64,000 bases of DNA from Patescibacteria group bacterium UBA3531 (GTDB taxonomy: Bacteria; Patescibacteriota; Minisyncoccia; Phycocordibacterales; UBA3531): contig DFOW01000001.1 in assembly GCA_002376885.1 (NCBI GenBank), forward strand, positions 15,381-79,380. Reading direction: 5' to 3'. Position numbers and translations under genes: made by a program. Below the pieces are notes generated by a model. The model saw only the letters and a program-made list of their open reading frames with translations. It searched no databases and was not told the DNA's origin. Of the stretch, positions 10,143 through 18,123 are shown piece by piece (within the stretch, counting starts at the first letter, position 1; the number at the start of each line of letters is the position of its first letter).

Positions 10143-10619
10143 TTGAATAGTAAAATCTTGTATGTATTGGTATTTCTTCTCATCTTCTTTTTCCCCGTTC
10201 ACGGGGCAACTGAAGAAGTCGAGATGGACACACCGACGAAGACCTACTACCGTTTTGCCACTCTCGGAAAGCAAGAGCGCTACTACGAGATGTGGCTCAT
10301 GACGGATCCGGATACCCGGTACGAGGCCATGGACCGGGTCAAGAGGGCGCTTGCAGCACGAGCGTTCGACCCCGAGCTCAGAGCCTTCATCATGGGTCTC
10401 CCGCCCGATGAGATCTTCGAGCTTCTTGTGTCCCAGTCAAGCATGGAGCTCATCGTCCTCTCCGAACAACAAGATGGGCCACGGGCATGGCTTGAGGTTC
10501 AGTCGCCAATGCGTGGTAAACCTCAAGGGTACTACGTCGTCAACAAGGTTGAGATGCGTCTCCTCAAAGAGAGGTGGCTCATCGTCTTCACCAACGTCAA
10601 GGTGGAAGACCATCACTAG
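10143..10619 (+). CDS. Secreted hypothetical protein
   Basis: TTG start after a G-rich SD gives the signal peptide MNSKILYVLVFLLIFFFPVHG; alternative ATG at 10224; terminator follows. Confidence 0.65.
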   Translation: MNSKILYVLVFLLIFFFPVHGATEEVEMDTPTKTYYRFATLGKQERYYEMWLMTDPDTRYEAMDRVKRALAARAFDPELRAFIMGLPPDEIFELLVSQSSMELIVLSEQQDGPRAWLEVQSPMRGKPQGYYVVNKVEMRLLKERWLIVFTNVKVEDHH

Positions 10620-10624
10620 CCCAA

Positions 10625-10663
10625 CGGCCCGGTATCAAACGATACCGGGCCGGGTTTCTTTTT
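10625..10663 (+). terminator. Intrinsic terminator
   Basis: Perfect 12-bp stem CGGCCCGGTATC-aaac-GATACCGGGCCG plus T-rich tail. Confidence 0.8.
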
Positions 10664-10742
10664 ATATAAATTCTCAATTTTTCTACTATTGACCGAGACT
10701 AATTTAAATGTTATTATAAGTACAGACAAGGAGGTATTTAAC

Positions 10743-11162
10743 GTGAAGAATACGGCTCTGTATACCACCCTCATCGCTCTCTCCTCCATGCTTGTCTTTG
10801 CATGTACACCGCCCACCACTCGGGAATCGGTGACCGAGGAGATCACGGCTCGCGTTCTCACCAAGGGTGAGATCGAGAGTTTCGACCTGGGTGGAGCCCT
10901 CATCGGCTACATGATTGGCGAATCCATGTGCTGTGGCGGGGGGCTGTACGGCGGTTTCATCGGTGGCGTTGCTGCCGCCGATGACTGCGAGGTTCCCGTC
11001 ATGGTGGAGGGAGAAGCCCTCACCTTGAGCGCCCCTGATCGTGCCTGTCGCGACTCGGAGGAGAACCAGATCGTCACCGTCAACAAGACGACCACCACCG
11101 TTCGTGACCGAGAGACCGGCGAGGTCAAGAGCACTCGCATCCGCTACCGCTGGAAGCGATAA
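10743..11162 (+). CDS. Hypothetical lipoprotein with a glycine-zipper-like segment
   Basis: AAGGAGGT SD, GTG start, lipobox VFAC, GGALIG...GGFIGG segment. Confidence 0.75.
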   Translation: MKNTALYTTLIALSSMLVFACTPPTTRESVTEEITARVLTKGEIESFDLGGALIGYMIGESMCCGGGLYGGFIGGVAAADDCEVPVMVEGEALTLSAPDRACRDSEENQIVTVNKTTTTVRDRETGEVKSTRIRYRWKR

Positions 11163-11175
11163 ACCCAAACCAGAG

Positions 11176-11206
11176 GGCCCCGATTCATTTCGGGGCCTAC
11201 TTTTTT
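11176..11206 (+). terminator. Intrinsic terminator
   Basis: GGCCCCGA/TCGGGGCC stem plus T6. Confidence 0.75.
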
Positions 11207-11221
11207 GTATACACCTCAACT

Positions 11222-11719
11222 TCAAACACTTTTTGTAGTGAACTTTAGAAACTTTTCCACCTTCTTTTTAAGAGCTTCAAAATCAGGCTCGTGCGCAACA
11301 CTATCAGCAACAATAATAGATAAATTATACAAACCAAACTCTTCAGGATTAAAATCTCCAAAATCTTGATATTTATTAAAGCTCGGGAATAGTTCTTTTA
11401 CCAAGGAAGAATACTCTTCCTTGGTATGTTCAGAAAACTGAGCGTTATTAATAAGAAGAAATCCCAAGGTCGTAACAAGGGCAAGACGTTTATTTCCATT
11501 TTCAAAAAAATGTCCCTTGTTGATTTGAACCAATAAATACGCCGCCTTCTCTAGCAATGTTGGGTAATAAATGTCGTTTGTAACTTGAATAAGTACCCCC
11601 TTCAGTTTTTTGCATCCCTCCTCTTGAGAATCATAAGGAGGCATCGGCTCCTGTTTAGAGTAATGCCGATAAATGAGGTCAAAGAGGGTTGGGAGATCCT
11701 CTTCTTTAAAATAATTCAT
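11222..11719 (-). CDS. Fic/Doc (death-on-curing) family toxin
   Basis: YPTLLEKAA and the HFFENGNKR Doc/Fic motif. Confidence 0.88.
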   Translation of the reverse strand: MNYFKEEDLPTLFDLIYRHYSKQEPMPPYDSQEEGCKKLKGVLIQVTNDIYYPTLLEKAAYLLVQINKGHFFENGNKRLALVTTLGFLLINNAQFSEHTKEEYSSLVKELFPSFNKYQDFGDFNPEEFGLYNLSIIVADSVAHEPDFEALKKKVEKFLKFTTKSV

Positions 11720-11721
11720 AC

Positions 11722-11835
11722 TTAGCGATCAGCAAGACGCTCAAGAGCACGCCCCAAGCGTTTTTCTATGGTCTTTATAGCCTCTTCTACTCTTTGGGTA
11801 TGAGTATCCTTTTTTCTCTTGAAAATCTTAAACAT
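11722..11835 (-). CDS. 37-aa putative Doc antitoxin peptide
   Basis: Not in the track. MFKIFKRKKDTHTQRVEEAIKTIEKRLGRALERLADR; ends 2 nt before the doc ATG; TATACT 6 nt upstream. Confidence 0.65.
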   Translation of the reverse strand: MFKIFKRKKDTHTQRVEEAIKTIEKRLGRALERLADR

Positions 11836-11862
11836 ATGTACAGTATACATTTTTCATTATTA

Positions 11863-12135
11863 TCAAACAAGATCATTTTTTGTATAAACCTCAACTTCAA
11901 ATTCTGGGAAGTAGTTGTAGATCTCAGGGAGATCAAACTTTTTTAAAATACTTTCTTTTTGCTCGCGCGCGAGCAAAAACTCAAAACTCCTCCGTATCAA
12001 ATCTTCTGGGACCACCTCCTCTCTCGTGAGTTTTTTATAATAGTCTTCTGTCAGCCCTACCGTATACACACTCCCCTCAACACCCACCTCAAACTCCGCG
12101 TTTGGGAATTCTTTTGTTTGCTTGATTTGTATCAT
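11863..12135 (-). CDS. Conserved small hypothetical protein
   Basis: SFEFLLARE..ESIL..FDL..I..YFPEFE pattern typical of a small uncharacterised family. Confidence 0.7.
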   Translation of the reverse strand: MIQIKQTKEFPNAEFEVGVEGSVYTVGLTEDYYKKLTREEVVPEDLIRRSFEFLLAREQKESILKKFDLPEIYNYFPEFEVEVYTKNDLV

Positions 12136-12183
12136 TCAAAAAAATAAACTAAATCCCGGTCATTTCCCGGGTTCTAGTTTACA

Positions 12184-12357
12184 TTAGTGTGTATATGCTC
12201 TCTGGTCCGCGCTTGCTTTTTTCGCAACTTCCAAAAAGACCTTTTTTCTTTTGCGGGAAGGAGCCTTTCTAAAGAAATCAGAAAAGGCACTTGACGAAGG
12301 TTTTTCACTCTTCGCAATAGAAGCCCCCTTTCTAGGCCAAAATTCAAAAACAATCAT
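12184..12357 (-). CDS. 57-aa basic protein coupled to the zeta toxin gene
   Basis: Not in the track. MIVFEFWPRK...SAFSDFFRKAPSRKRKKVFLEVAKKASADQRAYTH; ATGA overlap with the zeta stop. Confidence 0.65.
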   Translation of the reverse strand: MIVFEFWPRKGASIAKSEKPSSSAFSDFFRKAPSRKRKKVFLEVAKKASADQRAYTH

Positions 12358-13064
12358 TTCAAAATATCGTGTAACTTATCACTAGAATACTCTTCTGGAA
12401 TATAGCTGTCAATCTTTGAAATATTCTCATGGTACTTAAAATCTGTTCCATCAATGTTCTTCACGATTAGATCCACTTGTAAATTGCCCACAAATTGGGC
12501 CTTTATCTTGTTTACGTTTTCCCTGGCCAAAAAATACTGTTCAATAAAGGCCTCCCTGGGAATAATCCTACCATCTTTAGAGGCCCTTATCTTCACAAAC
12601 TCCCAGGCTTGTATCGGATCCTGATACACATAAACTATAAAAACATCTCTGGACTTTTTAAGTGATCTACTAATGTTATCAACTGCTCTATTAAAATTGG
12701 TTAGAGTACCATCAAAAACAAAACTCTGCTTTTGTTTCAATGCAAGATCATGTATTTTATCTACAACAATAGAGGTAGCCCCCTGAAATAAAGAAGAATT
12801 CTTTCCGTTATATGCCTCAAACTCAACTCTTAATTCATCAGGATCTATATGCAAAACCAAGTCATTATTTGAGATTTTTTGAATCAAGGCCTTAGCAGAC
12901 TCTGTCTTTCCCGCCCCAGGAGAACCAGCCATAAACACTGAAACTGGGTGGTCCTCTGGTTTATATATGGAGGAATCCACAAGCCTTTTTGCTATTTCTT
13001 TTTTATTTTTTTGTGCAAATACAATAGCTTCAGCTTCTATATCGGCATCTGAAATATTAGACAT
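12354..13064 (-). CDS. Zeta-toxin-family P-loop kinase
   Basis: MAGSPGAGKT Walker A, IDPDELR, FDGTL. Start set at MSNISD, downstream of the AbrB gene. Confidence 0.85.
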   Translation of the reverse strand: MSNISDADIEAEAIVFAQKNKKEIAKRLVDSSIYKPEDHPVSVFMAGSPGAGKTESAKALIQKISNNDLVLHIDPDELRVEFEAYNGKNSSLFQGATSIVVDKIHDLALKQKQSFVFDGTLTNFNRAVDNISRSLKKSRDVFIVYVYQDPIQAWEFVKIRASKDGRIIPREAFIEQYFLARENVNKIKAQFVGNLQVDLIVKNIDGTDFKYHENISKIDSYIPEEYSSDKLHDILK

Positions 13065-13074
13065 TATTTTCCAT

Positions 13075-13251
13075 TTATTTCTCCCAATCTTCAATGATAA
13101 GTTTTTTGCCGGATTTTTTAACGGTGACTTTTTGGCGTTCTCGCCAGCCGAGTTCACGAACAACCTCAATAGGAATAGTCACCGAGATACTGTGTTTCCC
13201 TACTTTGGTTAATTTTCGTATTGTTTTGTCCCTCTTTTTTCTTCGTACCAT
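13075..13251 (-). CDS. AbrB/MazE/SpoVT-family DNA-binding protein
   Basis: RKLTKVGKHSISVTIPIEVVRELGW swapped-hairpin signature; alternative start at 13260. Confidence 0.85.
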   Translation of the reverse strand: MVRRKKRDKTIRKLTKVGKHSISVTIPIEVVRELGWRERQKVTVKKSGKKLIIEDWEK

Positions 13252-13258
13252 ATAAACC

Positions 13259-13294
13259 ATTTACGTAAGGATTTACGTAAATCCTTACGTAAAT
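13259..13294. promoter_or_regulatory. 36-bp perfect palindrome with three TTACGTAA boxes; probable AbrB operator
   Basis: ATTTACGTAAGGATTTACGTAAATCCTTACGTAAAT equals its own reverse complement; a TAGTAT -10 box on the minus strand (13295-13300) abuts it. Confidence 0.7.
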
Positions 13295-13358
13295 ATACTA
13301 CTCCTTTGCCCTTATTTTTCAAACAAGAACGCCCCGCAAAGGAAACGTCCCTGCGGAG

Positions 13359-13622
13359 CTATGTCCTACTGCTGGCTTCACTCCACAAAGCTAGCAGACG
13401 TTGCTGTTTCTTCCCTTCAAACTTCTCTGCGAGTGCTTCTACTGCATCAGCAAGATCCGTCATCTCGCATTCGGTCTGCATGGCGTATCCAAGACATGTA
13501 AGAGCCCATGTCTCTGGATCGTCATCAGGGTCGAGTTCTAGGGAGTTGATGATCGCTTCCCCCAAGGCACGAAAGAACTCCTCTTCGTCAACTTCCACGA
13601 TGTCGACTTCTCCAGACTCCAT
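13359..13622 (-). CDS. Acidic hypothetical protein
   Basis: AAGGGAGG SD; hairpin immediately downstream. Confidence 0.65.
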   Translation of the reverse strand: MESGEVDIVEVDEEEFFRALGEAIINSLELDPDDDPETWALTCLGYAMQTECEMTDLADAVEALAEKFEGKKQQRLLALWSEASSRT

Positions 13623-13687
13623 CTTTTCAGCCTCCCTTCTAGTTTTACCCTACCTTATTTATTTTTATTTTTCAAATTAAACAAGAG

Positions 13688-13713
13688 CAGCCCGGAACTT
13701 GCGTTCCGGGCTG
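13688..13713 (-). terminator. Hairpin terminator
   Basis: CAGCCCGGAAC-ttgc-GTTCCGGGCTG. Confidence 0.65.
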
Positions 13714-13718
13714 TACCC

Positions 13719-14111
13719 CTAGTAGATGAAATCTTCAGGCTTCTCCTTCTGTGGCTCGAGGCCGTACCAGCGAAGAACTTCCTTGTTACGGGCAGTGTGC
13801 GTGAGTCCGAAGAGTTCTTCGGCGATCCGCAGCTGATCCCCAGCATCCGTATGGTACGGATGCTGATTGCAGTCGATGCGAATCAAAAGGTCAGGAACAA
13901 TGCCGAACATGGGGCCATGCTTGTAGATCCTGAGCTCAAATCCTAAAACGTTCGATACCAGTTGACACGGAAGCTCCAGGCGTCTGGTGATCTCGTCCAC
14001 TCGCGCCCACTCTTCCGTCCGAAGCTGGTGGCAGCCCCATCCACCCTCGTTATGGATCTTCCTTTCCATCTCCTTGAGCCACGCGATGTCGGCTTCTCTG
14101 CAATCTGTCAT
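13719..14111 (-). CDS. Hypothetical protein
   Basis: GGAGGT SD; own downstream hairpin. Confidence 0.65.
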   Translation of the reverse strand: MTDCREADIAWLKEMERKIHNEGGWGCHQLRTEEWARVDEITRRLELPCQLVSNVLGFELRIYKHGPMFGIVPDLLIRIDCNQHPYHTDAGDQLRIAEELFGLTHTARNKEVLRWYGLEPQKEKPEDFIY

Positions 14112-14171
14112 GGCTAAAACACCTCCATTCCCAACATTACCCTTTTCATTATATTTTTCAAACCATATGAA

Positions 14172-14196
14172 AGGTCCGGCGCTCAGCGCCGGACCT
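14172..14196 (-). terminator. Hairpin terminator after the GNAT gene
   Basis: AGGTCCGGCGCT-c-AGCGCCGGACCT. Confidence 0.65.
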
Positions 14197-14205
14197 GGGC
14201 TCTTT

Positions 14206-14787
14206 TCAGCCCTTGAGTTCTTCCAAATACGTCTCCCAAAGAGGCAACCAGTCTTCCCTACTCACACTAAGAAGGATCTCATCGTAGTAGGTTCCGTTCC
14301 GGAAATGCCAACCATCTCTTCGTCCCACTTCCTTGTACCCACACCCCATAAGGTACCGATGACTTCGCTCGTTGAAGCCAATCACTGCGGCCCCCACCTG
14401 TCGCAGATTGAGTGTAAGGAATGCAAAGGCAAGCTGGAGCATCTTGGCATCCGTACCGTACCCCTTCCCCCAATATTCCTTCTCACCGATGATGGTTCCC
14501 GAAGCGGCTGTCCGATTGATCGGATGGATTCGGTGAAGACCGATATTCCCGATCAGCTTCTTTCCTTTGAGTGTCTCGATTGCAAAGACAATCTGCTCGT
14601 CAGAGCCCTTGCCGAGCCTGTCGAACCAGGCCTCTTCCTGCGATCGCATCACTGGATTGTTTGATCCAACGAACTGTGTCACCTCTGGATCGTTCAACCA
14701 CTTAAGAAAGTGACTCAGATCGTGCCTCTTGTCGAGCGGACGGAGCCGAACAAGTCTGCCTTCGCGAATCACGTGATTGTCTTCCAT
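14206..14787 (-). CDS. GNAT N-acetyltransferase, RimJ/RimL family
   Basis: VRLRPL, LIGNIGL, EYWGKGYGT and FNERS motifs; GAGGAG SD before MEDNH. Confidence 0.9.
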   Translation of the reverse strand: MEDNHVIREGRLVRLRPLDKRHDLSHFLKWLNDPEVTQFVGSNNPVMRSQEEAWFDRLGKGSDEQIVFAIETLKGKKLIGNIGLHRIHPINRTAASGTIIGEKEYWGKGYGTDAKMLQLAFAFLTLNLRQVGAAVIGFNERSHRYLMGCGYKEVGRRDGWHFRNGTYYDEILLSVSREDWLPLWETYLEELKG

Positions 14788-14845
14788 GTTCTCCTCACAT
14801 TGTTTTGGAATTATTAAAAGAACTTCCATTTCGAGAAAGGTGGGT

Positions 14846-15017
14846 AAAAAAACACCCTGACGCTTTCTCGCCAGGGCATTCCTCAGACTAGTGTTGTTAG
14901 CTTTTATATAACCATAAGAGTAAGAGAATCTTGACCAGGCGAAACAGCCTCCTGTGCTTCGGTGCACACGAGATATGAAATCCCCGCATTCATTTTTCGC
15001 AAAAATTCTCTTTGCAT
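14846..15017 (-). promoter_or_regulatory. Putative attenuator: 37-codon uORF (15017-14904) plus intrinsic terminator (14879-14846)
   Basis: TTGACA at 15051-15046; uORF MQREFLRKMNAG...MVI; hairpin ATGCCCTGGCG/CGTCAGGGTGT plus T-run upstream of the GNAT start. Confidence 0.45.
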
Positions 15018-15055
15018 AATTAAAAAATACCCTGTTTAGGGTATTTGTCAAGAGG

Positions 15056-15090
15056 ACAGCCCCGGTCGCAACATTAACGACCGGGGCTGT
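15056..15090 (-). terminator. Hairpin terminator
   Basis: 13-bp stem ACAGCCCCGGTCG/CGACCGGGGCTGT immediately after the TGA at 15092. Confidence 0.7.
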
Positions 15091-15091
15091 G

Positions 15092-15376
15092 TCAACTTGA
15101 GAAGGCGCGGTAGAGTGCCTATTGGGTCTCGGCCGGATTCTCCGTATAGACGAAGATCTCCTGGATCGAGGCTCCACTCCTGATAGTCACCCTGAGCCCC
15201 GCCTGGATAGGCGTGAACTTGATCCGTCGAGGGGCACCGCGTGCCTTCTTGATGATCCCCAAGACGACTTTCGAAGTATAGGGGCACTTCTATGCTGTGT
15301 CTACGACACCTACTGCGGCATTGATGGTGGTTGTGTGGCTTCCGGCCACTTTGCCACCGGCACGATGTTTCGGCAT
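15092..15376 (-). pseudogene. DUF2103-like gene interrupted by two in-frame TAG codons
   Basis: Not in the track. MPKHRAGGKVAGSHTTTINAAVGVVDTA*KCPYTSKVVLGIIKK...GLRVTIRSGASIQEIFVYTENPAETQ*ALYRAFSS; promoter, AGAGG SD and terminator all intact. Confidence 0.65.
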
Positions 15377-15462
15377 AATTCCTCTTTTACCGGTGGTTTT
15401 ACCTGCCTATTTAATATAATAATTTAAAATAAGTGTCAAGAATATAGATTTCTGTATCCCTA

Positions 15463-15680
15463 TTGACAAAATAGTACTTCCCTACTATTATCCCAATATT
15501 ATGAATATATACCGAACAAAAACACTGTTCATGCGAACCACGCAATTTATGTGTGGGCGTCTTGGCGTAGTCATTTCTACCGTACACCGTTTTTGTGCCA
15601 GGCAATATGTTCTGAGGGCTTAAATTCTCATCTCTAATCTGAGCGTTTGAAACATCTTGTCTGGCTGACAAGATGTTTTT
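15463..15680 (+). promoter_or_regulatory. Promoter plus uORF (15501/15531-15623) plus terminator upstream of the ABC transporter
   Basis: TTGACA at 15463 and TATTAT 17 bp later; uORF; perfect 12-bp stem AAACATCTTGTC/GACAAGATGTTT running into a T-tract 26 nt before the ATG. Confidence 0.5.
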
Positions 15681-15706
15681 GTTCTTTCACAACGAGAGGG
15701 TTAACC

Positions 15707-17548
15707 ATGGAAAAGCGCTTGCGTAAGTACTGCGACGATCTTGCTGAAACGCGGGAAGTGATTCAGTGGATCAAGAGTGAATTTGTCACTCAAGAGGCAT
15801 GGGCATGGGCAAAGAAGATGTTCTTTGTTTTTGCTATCATGATCGGCCTTGACGCACTCCAGCCGTTTGCGGTTCGGTATGTGTTTGATGGGCTCGTTTC
15901 GGGCAACTCTTCATGGGTTATCTTTGGCTTCGTTGGTTTTCTTGTGTGCTTTACGGCACAGAAGGTTACTGACTATCTGAAGAACACCTATCGGGAGTGG
16001 TTCATTGGTCTTAACATTGCAACCATCGATCGTCGTATTACCGAGCTTTTCTTCGAGAAGTCGCTTGGTCAATACGTTACCCATAGTTCTCTTTTGAACG
16101 TGGCGACGATGGACCGCGGGAGGAGCAGTATCAACAACATTCAGGGTACGCTCGTTTTTTACGGGACCTCTTCCTTTTTGTACATGACACTGTCTTGGGT
16201 TGCTGTTGCTCTCTTGAGTCCGCTCTCGGGCGCGCTCTTTTTGCTAGTTGCAACCATCTACCTTCTTTCGGGTTTTTATCTGAACAGTCGTGTAGAAACG
16301 GAGTGTCACGAAATTGAGGAAGATTTTAGGCGTCTTCGTCGTCACCGCTTTGAACGGTGGGAAAAGCTTGAGCGTGTTGCGCTCACTGGAAAGAAGCATC
16401 ACGAGCTTTCCTTCATGACGGAGCGCTTTGACGACATCCTTTCCAAAGACCGAGCATTTTGGTTGGGATTTATTCGTCACTGTGGTTTACGTGAAGGAGT
16501 GAACATTCTGGTGCTTGCGCTCATCTTTGGGATCGGCGCATGGAATGTGTGGACCGGAGTGTGGAGTGTGGGACTTTTGTACCCACTCTACAGTTTGTCG
16601 TCTCGCATCAGTCATAACATGTGGCAGATTGGCGACATTTATCTGGATCTTTCACGTGAGGTTCCTCGTGTTCGCTCAATGATGCGTGCACTCTCGCTCA
16701 CACCAGAAGTGACTGACGCCCCGAACGCGCAAGAGCTTGACCTTACACGTGCTCCGGAAATTCGGTTTGAGGGGGTCTCGCACCGATACCCAGCAGAAGA
16801 CACACGCACTGCAAACGATGGTGTACACACTCTGAAGAATGTCTCGTTTGAGATTGGGCAGGGTGAGAAGCTTGCTGTCATTGGGCCAAGCGGCGCTGGT
16901 AAAACCAGCATTGCAAAACTCCTTTTGCGGTACATGGATCCTGAAGAGGGTGCCATTACTGTAAACGGTATCAGCCTGAAAGACATTGCGCTTTCTTCGT
17001 GGATGCGTCATGTGGGAGTAATTGCCCAAGACCCGCAAGTGTTCGACAACACGTTGCGTTACAACATTACGTATGGTCTTTCCGAAGATCATCGGGAGGA
17101 AATCAAAGACGAAGACGTATGGCATTTGATGAAGCTTCTTCATATCGATTTTGGAAAGCGACTCACTGCAGGACTTGAAACCCGAGTCGGCAGAAGCGGT
17201 ATGAAGCTTTCGGGTGGAGAAGCACAACGCCTTATGATTGGAGCGGCGGCAATCAAGCGCCCCCACTTCATGATCATTGATGAGGCAACCAGCAGTCTCG
17301 ATTCTACAACCGAGAAGGAGGTCCAGAAGGGATTGGCAGATGTGCTTTCGGGTGATGTTGGTGCTCTTGTGATTGCGCATCGGCTTTCAACCGTACGAGA
17401 CCTGTGTGATAAGTTCATGGTACTGAAGCGCAGTACCGACGCGAACACCACTCCGCAGGTTGAAGCAATTGCCGGGAGCTTTGAGGAGCTCTACGAACTC
17501 TCTCCTACGTTCAGGCGTCTATGTGATGACCAAGGGGTCATCATTTAG
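15707..17548 (+). CDS. ABC exporter, fused permease/ATPase (MdlB/MsbA-like)
   Basis: TM domain, GPSGAGKT, LSGGEAQR, IIDEATSSLD, IAHRLST; GAGAGG SD before ATG 15707. Confidence 0.92.
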   Translation: MEKRLRKYCDDLAETREVIQWIKSEFVTQEAWAWAKKMFFVFAIMIGLDALQPFAVRYVFDGLVSGNSSWVIFGFVGFLVCFTAQKVTDYLKNTYREWFIGLNIATIDRRITELFFEKSLGQYVTHSSLLNVATMDRGRSSINNIQGTLVFYGTSSFLYMTLSWVAVALLSPLSGALFLLVATIYLLSGFYLNSRVETECHEIEEDFRRLRRHRFERWEKLERVALTGKKHHELSFMTERFDDILSKDRAFWLGFIRHCGLREGVNILVLALIFGIGAWNVWTGVWSVGLLYPLYSLSSRISHNMWQIGDIYLDLSREVPRVRSMMRALSLTPEVTDAPNAQELDLTRAPEIRFEGVSHRYPAEDTRTANDGVHTLKNVSFEIGQGEKLAVIGPSGAGKTSIAKLLLRYMDPEEGAITVNGISLKDIALSSWMRHVGVIAQDPQVFDNTLRYNITYGLSEDHREEIKDEDVWHLMKLLHIDFGKRLTAGLETRVGRSGMKLSGGEAQRLMIGAAAIKRPHFMIIDEATSSLDSTTEKEVQKGLADVLSGDVGALVIAHRLSTVRDLCDKFMVLKRSTDANTTPQVEAIAGSFEELYELSPTFRRLCDDQGVII

Positions 17549-17561
17549 CTGCCTTAACAGC

Positions 17562-17599
17562 AACCGCCCTGGGTTTTTACCCAGGGCGGTTTTGTTTTT
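17562..17599 (+). terminator. Intrinsic terminator between convergent genes
   Basis: AACCGCCCTGGGT-tttt-ACCCAGGGCGGTT plus T-run. Confidence 0.8.
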
Positions 17600-18122
17600 A
17601 TAGATATTTAAGATGTTCCCTAAAGAATCTTGCATCCCGCACGATATTAAAAGTTGTATTATAAAAACTTATTTCCCTTTTTTTGACTTTTTCTTCTTGC
17701 GAAGATAAAACCTTTAAGGCTTCACCCTTTTGTATCCATACAGGCTTTAGATTATTTTCTTTTTCTTCCTCAGTCCGGGTATCTTTGGGTAGTTCCTTCA
17801 AAACCTTAACAAAAAAGCAAGTTGTAACACTCTCTCTTTCTTCCTTGTTTCTGAACTCATGAGCTGTTCCAATTTTTTTTACTATTTTTACTCCAACATT
17901 CAACTCTTCATCACACTCACGCATAATCTCTTTTTCTAAATCATCAGACTCCGCTCCTCCTCCAGCAAGAAGGTAGCATCCATGTTTTGGGTTGGTCACA
18001 AAACCATATTCTCCCCGGCTATTAATAACAATAGCTTTTACTGTTTGCCTATTTTTATACTTGTTAGGAATTGAGTAATTAGAATCTGGATCTATGTCCT
18101 TATCTGTGAGGGTAAAGTCCAT
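17598..18122 (-). CDS. NUDIX hydrolase
   Basis: GGGAE...RECDEELNV Nudix box. Confidence 0.85.
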   Translation of the reverse strand: MDFTLTDKDIDPDSNYSIPNKYKNRQTVKAIVINSRGEYGFVTNPKHGCYLLAGGGAESDDLEKEIMRECDEELNVGVKIVKKIGTAHEFRNKEERESVTTCFFVKVLKELPKDTRTEEEKENNLKPVWIQKGEALKVLSSQEEKVKKREISFYNTTFNIVRDARFFREHLKYL

Positions 18123-18123
18123 A

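Noticed and set aside
13259-13294. CRISPR repeat or replication origin
   Set aside because: Single palindrome with no spacers, cas genes or DnaA-box cluster; its position fits an operator.
14206-15177. Extended N-termini in the ORF track (GNAT 323 aa, zeta 271 aa, RpoA 342 aa, epimerase 313 aa)
   Set aside because: The extensions run through promoters, terminators or neighbouring genes; downstream starts fit SD or -10 signals and family lengths better.
9863-15376. Integron cassette array
   Set aside because: The hairpins are unrelated terminator-type stems without shared RYYYAAC/GTTRRRY cores; genes lie in both orientations with their own promoters; no integrase is present.
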